From contig CAZKVV010000005.1 of the NCBI GenBank assembly GCA_964556485.1, positions 16,326-80,325 on the forward strand: 64,000 nucleotides of DNA, given 5' to 3'. Both the position numbers and the translations under genes were made by a program. Every line of letters begins with the position of its first letter. The stretch's first letter is position 1. Source of the stretch: an uncultured Pseudomonadales bacterium. Lineage in GTDB: Bacteria; Patescibacteriota; Microgenomatia; UBA1400; PJMF01. Below are positions 36,733-46,846 of this stretch, piece by piece. The notes beneath the pieces were generated by a model. It did no database searches and was not told the DNA's origin. It worked only from the letters and a program-made list of their open reading frames with translations.

Positions 36733-38784
36733 CTATTTTTGTACAAGCACATTGTCTGTCAAACCTAATACTCGCAAACCTTGCCATAAGAGCAATGCTT
36801 CATGCAAATACTTAGTTTCCTCAGGATTTGATGTCGGAAATACCATATAATCAGCAACCGACTCGCCCGGCATTAAGATGACAGACTGCCCTGGCATAGA
36901 GCCTGGTCGTGTATTTCGTTTACCTTGAGAATCCGCTGTAGCAGCCCACCAACCTGGAGCTACAAATACAGGTACTGAAGTTTCGGGGTTACTAGCATCT
37001 GGTTTGATACTAAAACCTGAGGTCGGCATATGACCACCAACCACTATTCCAGGCTTTGTTTGCGAGTATAAATCATACACTCTGGTATGTCCAAAAGTTG
37101 GTCTAAATTGAGATCCATGCTTATCTAAACCATCCAAAGCTAGCATGGTATAGTTTGGTCTCAAACTTGAGAAATTTCTTGGTCCAACAGAAAGCTGTAT
37201 GGTTGAATGGTGAGCAATGAGTGGCGCATGCAGTTTGTCAGACAAATATGTGCCAGCAGGTATTGGTCCTTGTCCAATTTCTTTACCAGCACTACTCTTC
37301 CAAGCTTTCTGTCGCAGATTACCATCATGCATAATAGCAAGTATTTGTTCTGGATACTCGGCCCCTAAACGAATTACTTTATCCAATATTTCTTTTCTTT
37401 TGGAATCCGCAGCAACTTCTTGATCGACAATGTTACGAAGTAATGCAACCAATGCATGTGGATTATTTTTCAACCTATCAGTAAAGTAGTGTTCCAAAGC
37501 ACTCAATCCTTCGGAATTTGATCCAGCTCTCACATTTTGTATCAACTCAACGGCAACAGGCAATTTGCTTTCGACGTCAAAGTGAGCTCTTGAGTATTGA
37601 GGCGACAAGTCTTCATGCCATCTGTCATAGATCGTTCCATCTTTTGAAACACTTGGTGTTTCATCGTAGGGAACTGAAACTCGTTTCGATTTTCTCTTAT
37701 TGAAAGTTACTATTGGTTTTTCTTCTACCTCTTGGTGAATTTTCTCAATCATTTCTGCCGTCATGCCTTGAGTTTCAAGATCGTTCAGCAATTGCATGGC
37801 AGAAAATGCCATTAATCCATGCTCATAGGTTGCAAATGGATAATTTTGTTCCAATTTTCTTGAGTTTCGCTTCTTTCTTGGAGAAAAAATAACACCTTGA
37901 CCAACAGTATCCGTTGGAGGTGCACCAAGTTTTGTGCCAAAGCGATCGGAAGGCAGATTGGGGTTTGACCCTTTAATGGTTCCTGATTGCACCATTACCA
38001 TAGCTTGTTGCACTGAATCAGTGTTCGTGTCTTTAGCCATATATTCTTTAGCAACACCCGAACGATGCAGATGAGCGCCTGTCGATACATTTGGTCTACC
38101 TGGCAAAGATTCATGCACCAAGGCTTTTCGTAAACCAAAAACCCTATCAAAATCACTCTTTCCAGGTGGATTGTGAAAAATACGTAAAGATTGCTTATGT
38201 CCATTCTTAAACGCCAATTCAATTTGACCGCCATTTTTGATGAGTGGAATTTCGTAGCCTTCAACCATATCTTTCCAAGGATTAATTGTTGAGGAATCTT
38301 GAGCCCAACCCGGATGTCCCCAATAACCTACAACCATACCTATCACTTTTCCCGATTCGGCAAGTGGTCCTAAAAATACCTCCCTAAATAACTCGATTTG
38401 CTGACGAACATCTATGGGCGTGCGTGCTGTATTAGTATCCAAATATGGAGCCTTCAGACCTTCAATTTCATCTCCTAAGAGCACCACGCATGTATCGGGC
38501 TGGGAAAGAATCATGTCTCTGATTTCAATCATTTTGTCATGATCAGTCGCAATACTACCTACGTGAAGATCGCCCAATGTTAGCACCATTACTGGCCTGT
38601 CATGAGGAATTTCTATCTGTACAAAATCTAAACCTTGATCAGCCCGTTCTGCGATCTGAAGTCCGCGAATGGCATCTAGCTGAGCTTTGGCAATAACTGC
38701 TTGAGAAGGAATGGCAGGTTCTACTTTTTTTACTTTAAAGCGTGCTGCTTGCTCACCTTTACCAGTTTTTTCTTTTCCAGCCAT
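36733..38784 (-). CDS. Tandem calcineurin-like metallophosphoesterase domain protein
   Basis: GDLHVG, LGDEIE, GH, FH and GAHLH in N-half; degenerate repeat in C-half; AGGAGG RBS. Confidence 0.75.
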   Translation of the reverse strand: MAGKEKTGKGEQAARFKVKKVEPAIPSQAVIAKAQLDAIRGLQIAERADQGLDFVQIEIPHDRPVMVLTLGDLHVGSIATDHDKMIEIRDMILSQPDTCVVLLGDEIEGLKAPYLDTNTARTPIDVRQQIELFREVFLGPLAESGKVIGMVVGYWGHPGWAQDSSTINPWKDMVEGYEIPLIKNGGQIELAFKNGHKQSLRIFHNPPGKSDFDRVFGLRKALVHESLPGRPNVSTGAHLHRSGVAKEYMAKDTNTDSVQQAMVMVQSGTIKGSNPNLPSDRFGTKLGAPPTDTVGQGVIFSPRKKRNSRKLEQNYPFATYEHGLMAFSAMQLLNDLETQGMTAEMIEKIHQEVEEKPIVTFNKRKSKRVSVPYDETPSVSKDGTIYDRWHEDLSPQYSRAHFDVESKLPVAVELIQNVRAGSNSEGLSALEHYFTDRLKNNPHALVALLRNIVDQEVAADSKRKEILDKVIRLGAEYPEQILAIMHDGNLRQKAWKSSAGKEIGQGPIPAGTYLSDKLHAPLIAHHSTIQLSVGPRNFSSLRPNYTMLALDGLDKHGSQFRPTFGHTRVYDLYSQTKPGIVVGGHMPTSGFSIKPDASNPETSVPVFVAPGWWAATADSQGKRNTRPGSMPGQSVILMPGESVADYMVFPTSNPEETKYLHEALLLWQGLRVLGLTDNVLVQK

Positions 38785-38799
38785 GAAGTTCCTCCTACA

Positions 38800-38854
38800 T
38801 CTTGTAGCTATTACTGCTACAAGACACAATACCTATACTCTTACTAGGTGTCAA
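38800..38854 (-). promoter_or_regulatory. Promoter plus 5' palindrome of the phosphoesterase gene
   Basis: TTGACA-17-TATTGT followed by TCTTGTAGC-N7-GCTACAAGA. Confidence 0.65.
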
Positions 38855-38902
38855 TACATCACTGCTGTGTTACTAAAAAAAGGAAGGATCAGAAAAGCAA
38901 AA

Positions 38903-39769
38903 CTACAAAATATCACTTTCTTTACTGACAGAACTTGCTTGTGGGAGAACATAAACATCTTGCTTGTAGTCATTTTCGCCAACGTATTCAGCTTCACCTG
39001 TTAAGATTTTTTCCAATGGTTTACATGCCTGACAACCCATGCCATTTGGACATTTATAATTTTGCAACTTTCTTACCAGCTTAATTTGCTTTGCAACTTG
39101 CAGAACCTTTTGATGCGCGTCTTCTAAATTTGGCAACTCTTTAGGAGTTAATTCATCTCTCAACCGAAGATACCAGTAACTAGCCTTAGCCACGGTTCTG
39201 TTTTGAGTGTTATGAACCAATAAATGATAGATGGGCAACTGTAAAGATGACTCATCTTCTTCAGTCTTACTTGTCTTGAAATCAATGATGTGCACGCTAT
39301 CTAAATCTGGCAAATATTCAAGCCAATCAACTTTTCCGCATAAAATGATATTTTCCTCTTCGGACAACCAGTAATGTGGCAAATCTTGTTTAATCTTTAC
39401 TGAAAGTTGCGCCAATGGGCCAGGATTCTGCATGATTCTACGAAGCATTTCTCGACCTTGTTCCTTATATTGCTCTTCATGATCTGCAGAAAAAAATCCA
39501 CCTCGCTTGCCACTAATTTTTTTCCAGGCATTTTCAAACGAAACAAGCAATGATGTCTTAAATCTATCTCTCGTTGGCAATAATGAGAGCGCTTCAACAA
39601 CCTCATGCACAGCAGAACCCAATGCCAAAGGTGCAGACATGAGTTGCACTTTATGACCAGTTTTGGGATCTTTATATACATTCTTGAGATAATATGAGCG
39701 AGGACACTTCAAAAAATCACTCATAGAAGAATGAGATACCCAAACTGCTGAAAACTTATCACCTGGCAT
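38903..39769 (-). CDS. PD-(D/E)XK nuclease, Cas4/AddB-like with predicted Fe-S staple
   Basis: CPR..; GKVD..IIDFKT..QLPIY; C-terminal CPNGMGCQAC. Confidence 0.88.
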   Translation of the reverse strand: MPGDKFSAVWVSHSSMSDFLKCPRSYYLKNVYKDPKTGHKVQLMSAPLALGSAVHEVVEALSLLPTRDRFKTSLLVSFENAWKKISGKRGGFFSADHEEQYKEQGREMLRRIMQNPGPLAQLSVKIKQDLPHYWLSEEENIILCGKVDWLEYLPDLDSVHIIDFKTSKTEEDESSLQLPIYHLLVHNTQNRTVAKASYWYLRLRDELTPKELPNLEDAHQKVLQVAKQIKLVRKLQNYKCPNGMGCQACKPLEKILTGEAEYVGENDYKQDVYVLPQASSVSKESDIL

Positions 39770-39859
39770 GTACTCCTTTACGCTGCTGATTCACTTCCCA
39801 ATAGTACCATGAAAATGTAACGCGCACTGTTACGCTTGCACAGCAACTTACCAATACTT

Positions 39860-40666
39860 TTACAAAGAAACTTCACCGGCTGCAGTAGCTTCTGAAGCAT
39901 CATCTCGTGGAGCAGTCTCAATAATTAAGGCTGGCAATACCACTTCAGTCACTACTGGATTTCCCAGATCTCCTGAAAGGAGCAAAAATGTTTCCGTTGT
40001 CACAGGTATCTGTACTGGCACAAACAACTTTTTTCTTTCTCCAGGGTTTATTTGCAACTGCTCAAAGAATGGTGGTGCGGGATAATCTACTGTTTTATGT
40101 CTCGCGCTCAAGTAAGTGTGTGCTTGTATCTGCTGCGCAGCTCCGGTGAGTCTCGTATCTGTCACTTCAAGTTGCAACACAAACAATGGTTTAGATGGAT
40201 CAATCAATGGATCGACTTCAATCTCAACTATGCTCAAATTTGGAATATAAAATAAATAGGAAAGATCAAATGCCAGTCCTCGGTCTTGCCACTGGGAATC
40301 AAGCGCATAGCCTAACGGGTCGAAAGTTGAAACAAAACTACCATCCTCTAACAAGGTTCTCATCACCAGTGACGCAGCTTGCGCAGCCACTGTAGCAACC
40401 TCTGAAGGTACCGGAGATTCAACTAAAACTGGAGGAGATACTGGAGGTGTAGTCGCGGCATTTCTGCCAACTATTACACCCACTGCACCAACAATACAAC
40501 CAATCACAAATAACCCAGAACCTATCAACACAACTTTGGGAATCTTCCCTGAAGAAGAACTCCTAGCACTGTTTGCAGTAGCAGCCGCTGCAGCTAATTC
40601 ATCAACACTTGGCTGCTGTAGAATTTCTCCTGTCTTGGGAGGGAGTGTGGACAATTCTTCTTGCAT
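39860..40666 (-). CDS. Membrane-anchored hypothetical protein
   Basis: One TM, Pro-rich linker, beta-rich domain. Confidence 0.7.
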   Translation of the reverse strand: MQEELSTLPPKTGEILQQPSVDELAAAAATANSARSSSSGKIPKVVLIGSGLFVIGCIVGAVGVIVGRNAATTPPVSPPVLVESPVPSEVATVAAQAASLVMRTLLEDGSFVSTFDPLGYALDSQWQDRGLAFDLSYLFYIPNLSIVEIEVDPLIDPSKPLFVLQLEVTDTRLTGAAQQIQAHTYLSARHKTVDYPAPPFFEQLQINPGERKKLFVPVQIPVTTETFLLLSGDLGNPVVTEVVLPALIIETAPRDDASEATAAGEVSL

Positions 40667-40667
40667 A

Positions 40668-40898
40668 TTATTCTAGATTTGAGAGATCCTCATCTACAAA
40701 TACTGTGGAGTCTACTTCCATTTCAAGTGTTTCGATGTCGTCTTGATCTGATAAGTCCTGGAGTTTCAACTCATCGGTGTTTAACTTAACTTCATCACGT
40801 GTTGTAGTTTGAGTGTCTTGAGTGGTAGGTTTTGCCACACAACCAGTTAAACCTAACGCTGCAAAAAACACCAGCATGCTCAAAAGTCTTTTTTTCAT
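40668..40898 (-). CDS. Small acidic lipoprotein
   Basis: MKK-hydrophobic-LTGC lipobox. Confidence 0.7.
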   Translation of the reverse strand: MKKRLLSMLVFFAALGLTGCVAKPTTQDTQTTTRDEVKLNTDELKLQDLSDQDDIETLEMEVDSTVFVDEDLSNLE

Positions 40899-40925
40899 AA
40901 ATGCAACCCAACTCATCTACTCAAT

Positions 40926-41585
40926 TTAATCTTGATATAACTGCTTAAGTAATACAATACTCTCTTTGATAAGTGCTGTTACTCCTTTAAAAGAATCGTG
41001 TGCTGATTTGATTAATTCTGCTGCTTTTGCTCGCAGATCTTCAACAGACATGTTAGTATCTTGGCCTAAAACTTTCAACTGTTCTACAACATCTGCTGCA
41101 ACAACTTGCGAATCTTGATACGCATCAGACGCTTCATCCAATTTTGCTTGAGCTGCCGCAATATCTTTACCTTCTTTCGCAGATGTATCAATTCGTGCTT
41201 GCAACTTAACAATCAACTTCTCTAGACGGTCGGTATAGACCTCAAATCGAGCTTCAACCCTGTTAGCATGAACCATTACTCGTTCAGCTCTTCTAGATTG
41301 CCTTCTTTCTTCCACTGCTTCCTTGCCAGCCATTTTCTTCTCATCAAGCACAACTCGCTTTTCATCTCGAACTAGTTCTTTGTTCTCAACAAACTCTTCC
41401 CGGCTTTCTTCCTTCTCAAGTCGTAACTCTTCTTTGTACGTGGTTTTCTCAACTTGATATTCTTCTCGCAATCGTGTTTTATCTGCTAAAATTTCTTCTG
41501 GGGTTTTTGCTGCCTGGACAGGTACAACGGTCATAGCAAAAAGAGTGAGCAACATAACAATAACTGACCATTTTGTTTTCATCAT
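40926..41585 (-). CDS. Secreted coiled-coil protein
   Basis: Signal peptide ending VQA-A; E/K/R-rich helices. Confidence 0.75.
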   Translation of the reverse strand: MMKTKWSVIVMLLTLFAMTVVPVQAAKTPEEILADKTRLREEYQVEKTTYKEELRLEKEESREEFVENKELVRDEKRVVLDEKKMAGKEAVEERRQSRRAERVMVHANRVEARFEVYTDRLEKLIVKLQARIDTSAKEGKDIAAAQAKLDEASDAYQDSQVVAADVVEQLKVLGQDTNMSVEDLRAKAAELIKSAHDSFKGVTALIKESIVLLKQLYQD

Positions 41586-44167
41586 GCTCCTTTTTGTTTT
41601 TTGAAAAAAAACTTTATAGCTTCAATAACAACTATAACACACAAGCATTGTGCCAAAATAATGCCCCACATCCAGAGCGGTAAAGAAACAAATCCAAAAA
41701 AGTTTTGTAACGTTTTTGAGTACATAGGAATGACCGTTGCCAAAAAAGACAGGATCACAGCTATAACTAAATATTTATTAGTCAGCAATGACTCTTCCCA
41801 AATATTTTTATTAATTGTTCTGCAGGAAAATACATAGAGCAGCGAATCAACAGAGAGCAATGCAAAACTCAAGGTTTGAGCAACTGCTAAACCATATAAT
41901 GGATACACAACTGTAAAAGCAGTCAAAGTTAATAGACCAGAAACAAGACTTACTGCAGCAAGCGAAATGAGTAACTGACGAGATAAAATGGGTTCAGTGC
42001 TACTGAGAGGTTTATGAGTGAGTATTTCTTTTTCCTTCGGATCAAACGTTAAGGCCAAGTTTGGAAATGAATCATTCACAATATTTATCCAAAGCACTTG
42101 TGCTGCAGTTATTGGAAGTGGCAGATGTAACAATATACTACCTAAGACTAAGAGTACTTCAGAAAAGGTATCACTCAGTAGATATAACACCATTTTTCTC
42201 AGATTAGAAAAAATGCCACGGCCTTCCTCGACAGCAGCTAAAATCGTGGTAAAGTTTGAATCAAGAAGTACAATATCAGCTGACTCTCTGGCAATGTCAG
42301 TCGCATCCCCAACCACCAGACCAATATCAGCTGCCGCTAAAGCTGGTGCATCATTAACACCATCTCCCATCATCGCCACAACCTCACCACGCTTTTGCAG
42401 CGCTTTCACAATACGAAGTTTTTGAGAAGGCTTGGTACGTGCAAACAAAACAATCTCTTTTACTCTTGCTACTAACTGGGCATCACTCACATGTGCCAGC
42501 TCTTGACCATCCATAATTTGATCATCAGTCAAAGTAATACCAATCTCACGTAATACCGATCGAGCTGTTTCACGATAGTCACCCGTAATGACAGTCAGGG
42601 AAATACCAGCTTGTGCTGCCTGCTCAAGTGCGGGTTTTACACTCGCTCTCACTGGATCAGTAAATGCAAATAACCCAACGCAGACTGCTCCCTCAAACAC
42701 ACCCTCAAGGTCCTTTTGTTTAAGTTTGTAAAAAAGAGCAGTTGCTTCCGCAATAGTGTCATACTTTTGATATCCAACACCAATCACGCGCTTACCAAGC
42801 TGCGCCCATTCTTTCACTTGCTGCAGTATGCCTAGTTTCTTTGACTGGGCTTTGTCACAAAATGCCTCAACAACTTCTGGTGCACCAACGACAAACACTT
42901 CTTTTCCTGTTCGAACAGCCATAAACCGGCGTTCACTTGAGAAAGTTAATGTATCGCTAACAGAAGTACGCTCGCGAAGTTGCTCAGGACCTAAGGTGCC
43001 TGGATTTTCAGCTGCATACGCTTCTGCCCATTTCCACCTAGCAAAATCAAGCGGATCTCTGAGTTCATTTGCTAATACTGCAGATCGATACGTAAGTTCA
43101 GGGTTTCGATAAATGGCATCGGTCACTTGGAGTTTACCTTCAGTGAGCGTGCCCGTTTTATCTACACAAACTCTGGTCACAGTTCCCAACGTTTCAGTGG
43201 CAACTAAATTACGGACCAACGCCTTTCGTTTGAGAATGCGATGCATGCCTAAGGCTAAAATTGCAGTCAACCCAACAACTAATCCTTCTGGAATTGCAGA
43301 TACCGCTAATGCAACCGAGACAATAAACATCTCCTGCATGCTTCTGCCATTCAACGTACCAAAAGTGAAAATAAACACTGCTGATACAACGACAACAATA
43401 GTAATGTATTTAGCAAGTTGGTTCAGTCTTTTCTCTAGTGGTGTTTCTTTGTGAGATTGTTCATCAATGGTTTCTGCAATGCTGCCCATTTCTGTCTGTT
43501 TTCCAATTGCAGTCGCTACCATTGTGGCAGTACCACCCATGACGACAGTACCTAAGTACCCACTGTGCTCACGATCAACATCTTTTGCTTTGGTCAAAAA
43601 ACTCACTAGTTCTTGCAGAGACGAAAAATCATTGTGAATAACATATGGCTTTTTTGAGACAGCCATACTTTCACCAGTTAAAACCGCTTCGTTAATAACG
43701 ACATCACTGGCAGCTAAAATCAAACCATCAGCTGGAACTTTATCACCTTCGTACAGAAATACCACATCACCAACAACTAATTCTTGCGAATGGATTCGAA
43801 CTTTTTTACCATCACGAACTACCCATGCTTCTTGAGTTACAACCGACTTCAATGCCTGCAGTGATTTGAATGCTTTTCGTTCCTGATAAAACCCAAGCAG
43901 TGTATTAACCAGCACAGCAAAGAAAATAACGACGGTATCTTTAGCAGCACCAATTGCAGCAGTAATAATGCCTGCAACAAGTAACACAAAAATGAGAGGG
44001 CTTTTAAGTTGAGCTAAAAAAAAATGCAAATCAGATGGAATTGGTTTGCCTGCAATTGTGTTTGTTACACCTTTGCGCTTTTCTGCGGCCAGAACATCAG
44101 AAGGAATTCCTCGTTTGATGTACTCAAGAACAAGTCTTGTTGATGACTGATGGGCAGTAGAAGTCAT
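41582..44167 (-). CDS. Cation-transporting P-type ATPase (Ca2+-type)
   Basis: TGES, PEGL, DKTGTLT, TGD and GDGVND motifs. Confidence 0.95.
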   Translation of the reverse strand: MTSTAHQSSTRLVLEYIKRGIPSDVLAAEKRKGVTNTIAGKPIPSDLHFFLAQLKSPLIFVLLVAGIITAAIGAAKDTVVIFFAVLVNTLLGFYQERKAFKSLQALKSVVTQEAWVVRDGKKVRIHSQELVVGDVVFLYEGDKVPADGLILAASDVVINEAVLTGESMAVSKKPYVIHNDFSSLQELVSFLTKAKDVDREHSGYLGTVVMGGTATMVATAIGKQTEMGSIAETIDEQSHKETPLEKRLNQLAKYITIVVVVSAVFIFTFGTLNGRSMQEMFIVSVALAVSAIPEGLVVGLTAILALGMHRILKRKALVRNLVATETLGTVTRVCVDKTGTLTEGKLQVTDAIYRNPELTYRSAVLANELRDPLDFARWKWAEAYAAENPGTLGPEQLRERTSVSDTLTFSSERRFMAVRTGKEVFVVGAPEVVEAFCDKAQSKKLGILQQVKEWAQLGKRVIGVGYQKYDTIAEATALFYKLKQKDLEGVFEGAVCVGLFAFTDPVRASVKPALEQAAQAGISLTVITGDYRETARSVLREIGITLTDDQIMDGQELAHVSDAQLVARVKEIVLFARTKPSQKLRIVKALQKRGEVVAMMGDGVNDAPALAAADIGLVVGDATDIARESADIVLLDSNFTTILAAVEEGRGIFSNLRKMVLYLLSDTFSEVLLVLGSILLHLPLPITAAQVLWINIVNDSFPNLALTFDPKEKEILTHKPLSSTEPILSRQLLISLAAVSLVSGLLTLTAFTVVYPLYGLAVAQTLSFALLSVDSLLYVFSCRTINKNIWEESLLTNKYLVIAVILSFLATVIPMYSKTLQNFFGFVSLPLWMWGIILAQCLCVIVVIEAIKFFFKKQKGA

Positions 44168-44173
44168 GTAGAA

Positions 44174-45067
44174 CTATCGCAGTCTGTCAGTGAATACCTG
44201 TATATTTCCAGTCTGTACCTCTTGGTACAACTGAGTTTCTTTTCCTGTACGAACAGACTGTCTCTCCATAAACGGAATGCTTGCAGCATCCTGATACAGG
44301 ATTCCTACTGCAACTTTTTCGTCAAGATCCTCCGCAGCTGCTAATGCGGCAGCTCTATTTGTTGGATCATACCCTTCAGTATTAACGTTATACACACGTT
44401 GTTGATACCATTCGTGAGGCGTAGTCTTGTTGTATGTGGGACAATTTTGCATAATTTCCACAAAACTAAACCCCTTATGCTTGATTGCCGCTGTAAACAC
44501 TTCTGACATCATCCTGATATCTCCTGAAAAGACTCTTGCAGAAAAAGTAACTCCCAGAGATAGTGCGAACCGTTGTGGATGCAGTACTTCTGTAGTAACT
44601 CCATCAGGTGTAGAGTTCATCTTTACACCTTTTCTGGTTGTGGCAGAAGCTTGACCAGTGGTCAAGCCGTAGTTCTCGTTGTTATGCAGTAACAAAGTCA
44701 TGTCAAAGTTGGCTCTGATCGCATGGACTAAATGATTCACACCTTCGCCCAAAAGTGCGCCATCGCCACCTTCTGCAACAACAGTAAGACCAGTGTTTGC
44801 ACAATTAATGCCAGCAGCAAGGGGAATGACTCTACCATGAAGACCATGATATCGATACCCACCAATTTTATCTGATCCATTGCCATTACAACCAATATCA
44901 AAACACAACATTGCTTGGTGTGGTGTCACACCACAAGCAACTAATGCTTGTTTTACCGCAACTTGAATACCAAAGTTTCCACATCCTGGACACCAGGTTA
45001 ATGCATTAGCTGAAGTGTAATCACCTAAAGAGACTTGAGAAGTAGTGCAAGATCCGCATGCTGACAT
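44174..45067 (-). CDS. 2-oxoacid:ferredoxin oxidoreductase beta subunit
   Basis: WCPGCG, TPP motif GGDG..NN, YGLTTGQ. Confidence 0.95.
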   Translation of the reverse strand: MSACGSCTTSQVSLGDYTSANALTWCPGCGNFGIQVAVKQALVACGVTPHQAMLCFDIGCNGNGSDKIGGYRYHGLHGRVIPLAAGINCANTGLTVVAEGGDGALLGEGVNHLVHAIRANFDMTLLLHNNENYGLTTGQASATTRKGVKMNSTPDGVTTEVLHPQRFALSLGVTFSARVFSGDIRMMSEVFTAAIKHKGFSFVEIMQNCPTYNKTTPHEWYQQRVYNVNTEGYDPTNRAAALAAAEDLDEKVAVGILYQDAASIPFMERQSVRTGKETQLYQEVQTGNIQVFTDRLR

Positions 45068-45068
45068 A

Positions 45069-46817
45069 TTAGATTTGCTCCTTTATAAACTCAACAAGTT
45101 CTAAGACAAAAAATGGACGTCCATTATTTTTGAGATACACTTGTTTTGCTTTATAGCCAGATTCCATTGCAACTAACTTTGCAAACTGACCGGTTCCATT
45201 ATTTTCTACAAAGGCTACATGTTGTGCAGTTTCAACCAACTTGAGTAATTTTTCAGTTTTAAGTGGGAACATATAATCATAGTGCAAATATGAAACATTT
45301 CCCGTATATCCATCTTTTTTCAGTATATCGAAGGCATCTAGTACTGTATTCTTGACACTTCCCCAGCCAATCAATAACAAATCACTGACTTCTGGACCAA
45401 ATAATTCTGGCTCTGGTAGGGTAGCAAGTAATGTTTCCTGCTTCTTCATGCGTTTTTCAAACATGATTCGAGAAGGCTCAGCATCTTCTGTCAATGAACC
45501 ATCACCAATATGCTCATCACTATTTGCATCAAAGGTTGGAGCGCACTGTCCTGGTAACCATCGAGGTGAAATACCAGTGGAAGTATCCTTGAATCTATCC
45601 ATTTTTTCTAACGTTGCTAGCTGATCTTCTGGAACTAATCCACGACATATTTCAATCGGTGCTGGCAAGCCGCTAATCTGAAACTGAGATTCAGCAATTT
45701 GTTTTTCAGTAAGCAAGATGACCGGGATTTGGTACTGTTCAGCAATATTTAAGGCTACTTGAGTCAAGGTGAAACATGATTCTGGATCACTTGCGGAAAG
45801 TACACATTTTGCATATTCACCATGACCAGAGAAAATGGTCATTAATAAATCACCCGCATTTGTCCAAGTAGGTAAACCGGTTCCCGGACCTGGCCGCTGT
45901 GCAACAACGCACACAAATGGTGTTTCAGTAATGCCCGCTAATGATACTGATTCTGTCATCAAATCAAAGCCACCACCAGATGTACCACAGAGTGCTCTGG
46001 CTCCAGCAAACATAGACCCGATGGTCATTTGAGCAACCGAAATTTCATCTTCAATTTGCTTAACTAACATACCTGTCTCGGAGGAAATGCTTGCTAAGTA
46101 ACCCAGAATTGAACTAGAAGGTGTCATTGGGTAGGCATAGTAGGCTCGAACTCCTGCAGCAACTGCACCCAGTCCAATTGCTTGGTTGCCAGAAATAATC
46201 ATTTCCGACTCTAATTTTGGAGCAATAGCAAATGGCAATGTGTAAGGTTCTAAACCTTCAAGTTTGTAGACACGTCCTTGTTCAAAAATGCGGATGTTAT
46301 CATCGATAACCTGTGGCTTTTTGACAAATGCTTTCTTGAGAATTTCATGAATTGGCTCAGGGATAAGGGTAATCAATTGCCAAAGCACACCCAATAAAAA
46401 GGTGTTGACCATCAATGGGTGCACGCCAGCTTCTTTAATAATTTGCTGTGCTGGAATGTAAATTATTTTAATATTACGTTTAGCCACCAATTCTTGTTCT
46501 GACTGAGTTAACTGCAGACCAATCACAGAATGCACCACTTGCCCATCCTGAGCGACTGTATCGATGTATGCATGGAACGCGCTGTTACTCAAGATAAGCA
46601 ATAAATCGCACAGGGCTGCTGAAGATCTGAGAGGCACATCTGAAAAATCAATTTGAAAACATGCGTATCCACCTCTAATGAGGGAAGGATATTCTCGATA
46701 ACCAAATGAGTACAGACCACACTCTTTTACACCTTTAGAAATTGCATCACCAATCGAATTAATACCTTGCCCCGAAGCTCCACCAATTTTTACGATAAAT
46801 CTGTTAGAAATATGCAT
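45069..46817 (-). CDS. 2-oxoacid:ferredoxin oxidoreductase alpha subunit (gamma-alpha fusion)
   Basis: GGASGQG, YPMTPSS and QRPGPGTGLPT motifs. Confidence 0.95.
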   Translation of the reverse strand: MHISNRFIVKIGGASGQGINSIGDAISKGVKECGLYSFGYREYPSLIRGGYACFQIDFSDVPLRSSAALCDLLLILSNSAFHAYIDTVAQDGQVVHSVIGLQLTQSEQELVAKRNIKIIYIPAQQIIKEAGVHPLMVNTFLLGVLWQLITLIPEPIHEILKKAFVKKPQVIDDNIRIFEQGRVYKLEGLEPYTLPFAIAPKLESEMIISGNQAIGLGAVAAGVRAYYAYPMTPSSSILGYLASISSETGMLVKQIEDEISVAQMTIGSMFAGARALCGTSGGGFDLMTESVSLAGITETPFVCVVAQRPGPGTGLPTWTNAGDLLMTIFSGHGEYAKCVLSASDPESCFTLTQVALNIAEQYQIPVILLTEKQIAESQFQISGLPAPIEICRGLVPEDQLATLEKMDRFKDTSTGISPRWLPGQCAPTFDANSDEHIGDGSLTEDAEPSRIMFEKRMKKQETLLATLPEPELFGPEVSDLLLIGWGSVKNTVLDAFDILKKDGYTGNVSYLHYDYMFPLKTEKLLKLVETAQHVAFVENNGTGQFAKLVAMESGYKAKQVYLKNNGRPFFVLELVEFIKEQI

Positions 46818-46846
46818 AGTTTTTTAGTACTGTATCAAACACACCT

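Noticed and set aside
38903-39769. CRISPR-Cas locus suggested by the Cas4-like gene
   Set aside because: No repeat-spacer array or other cas genes seen
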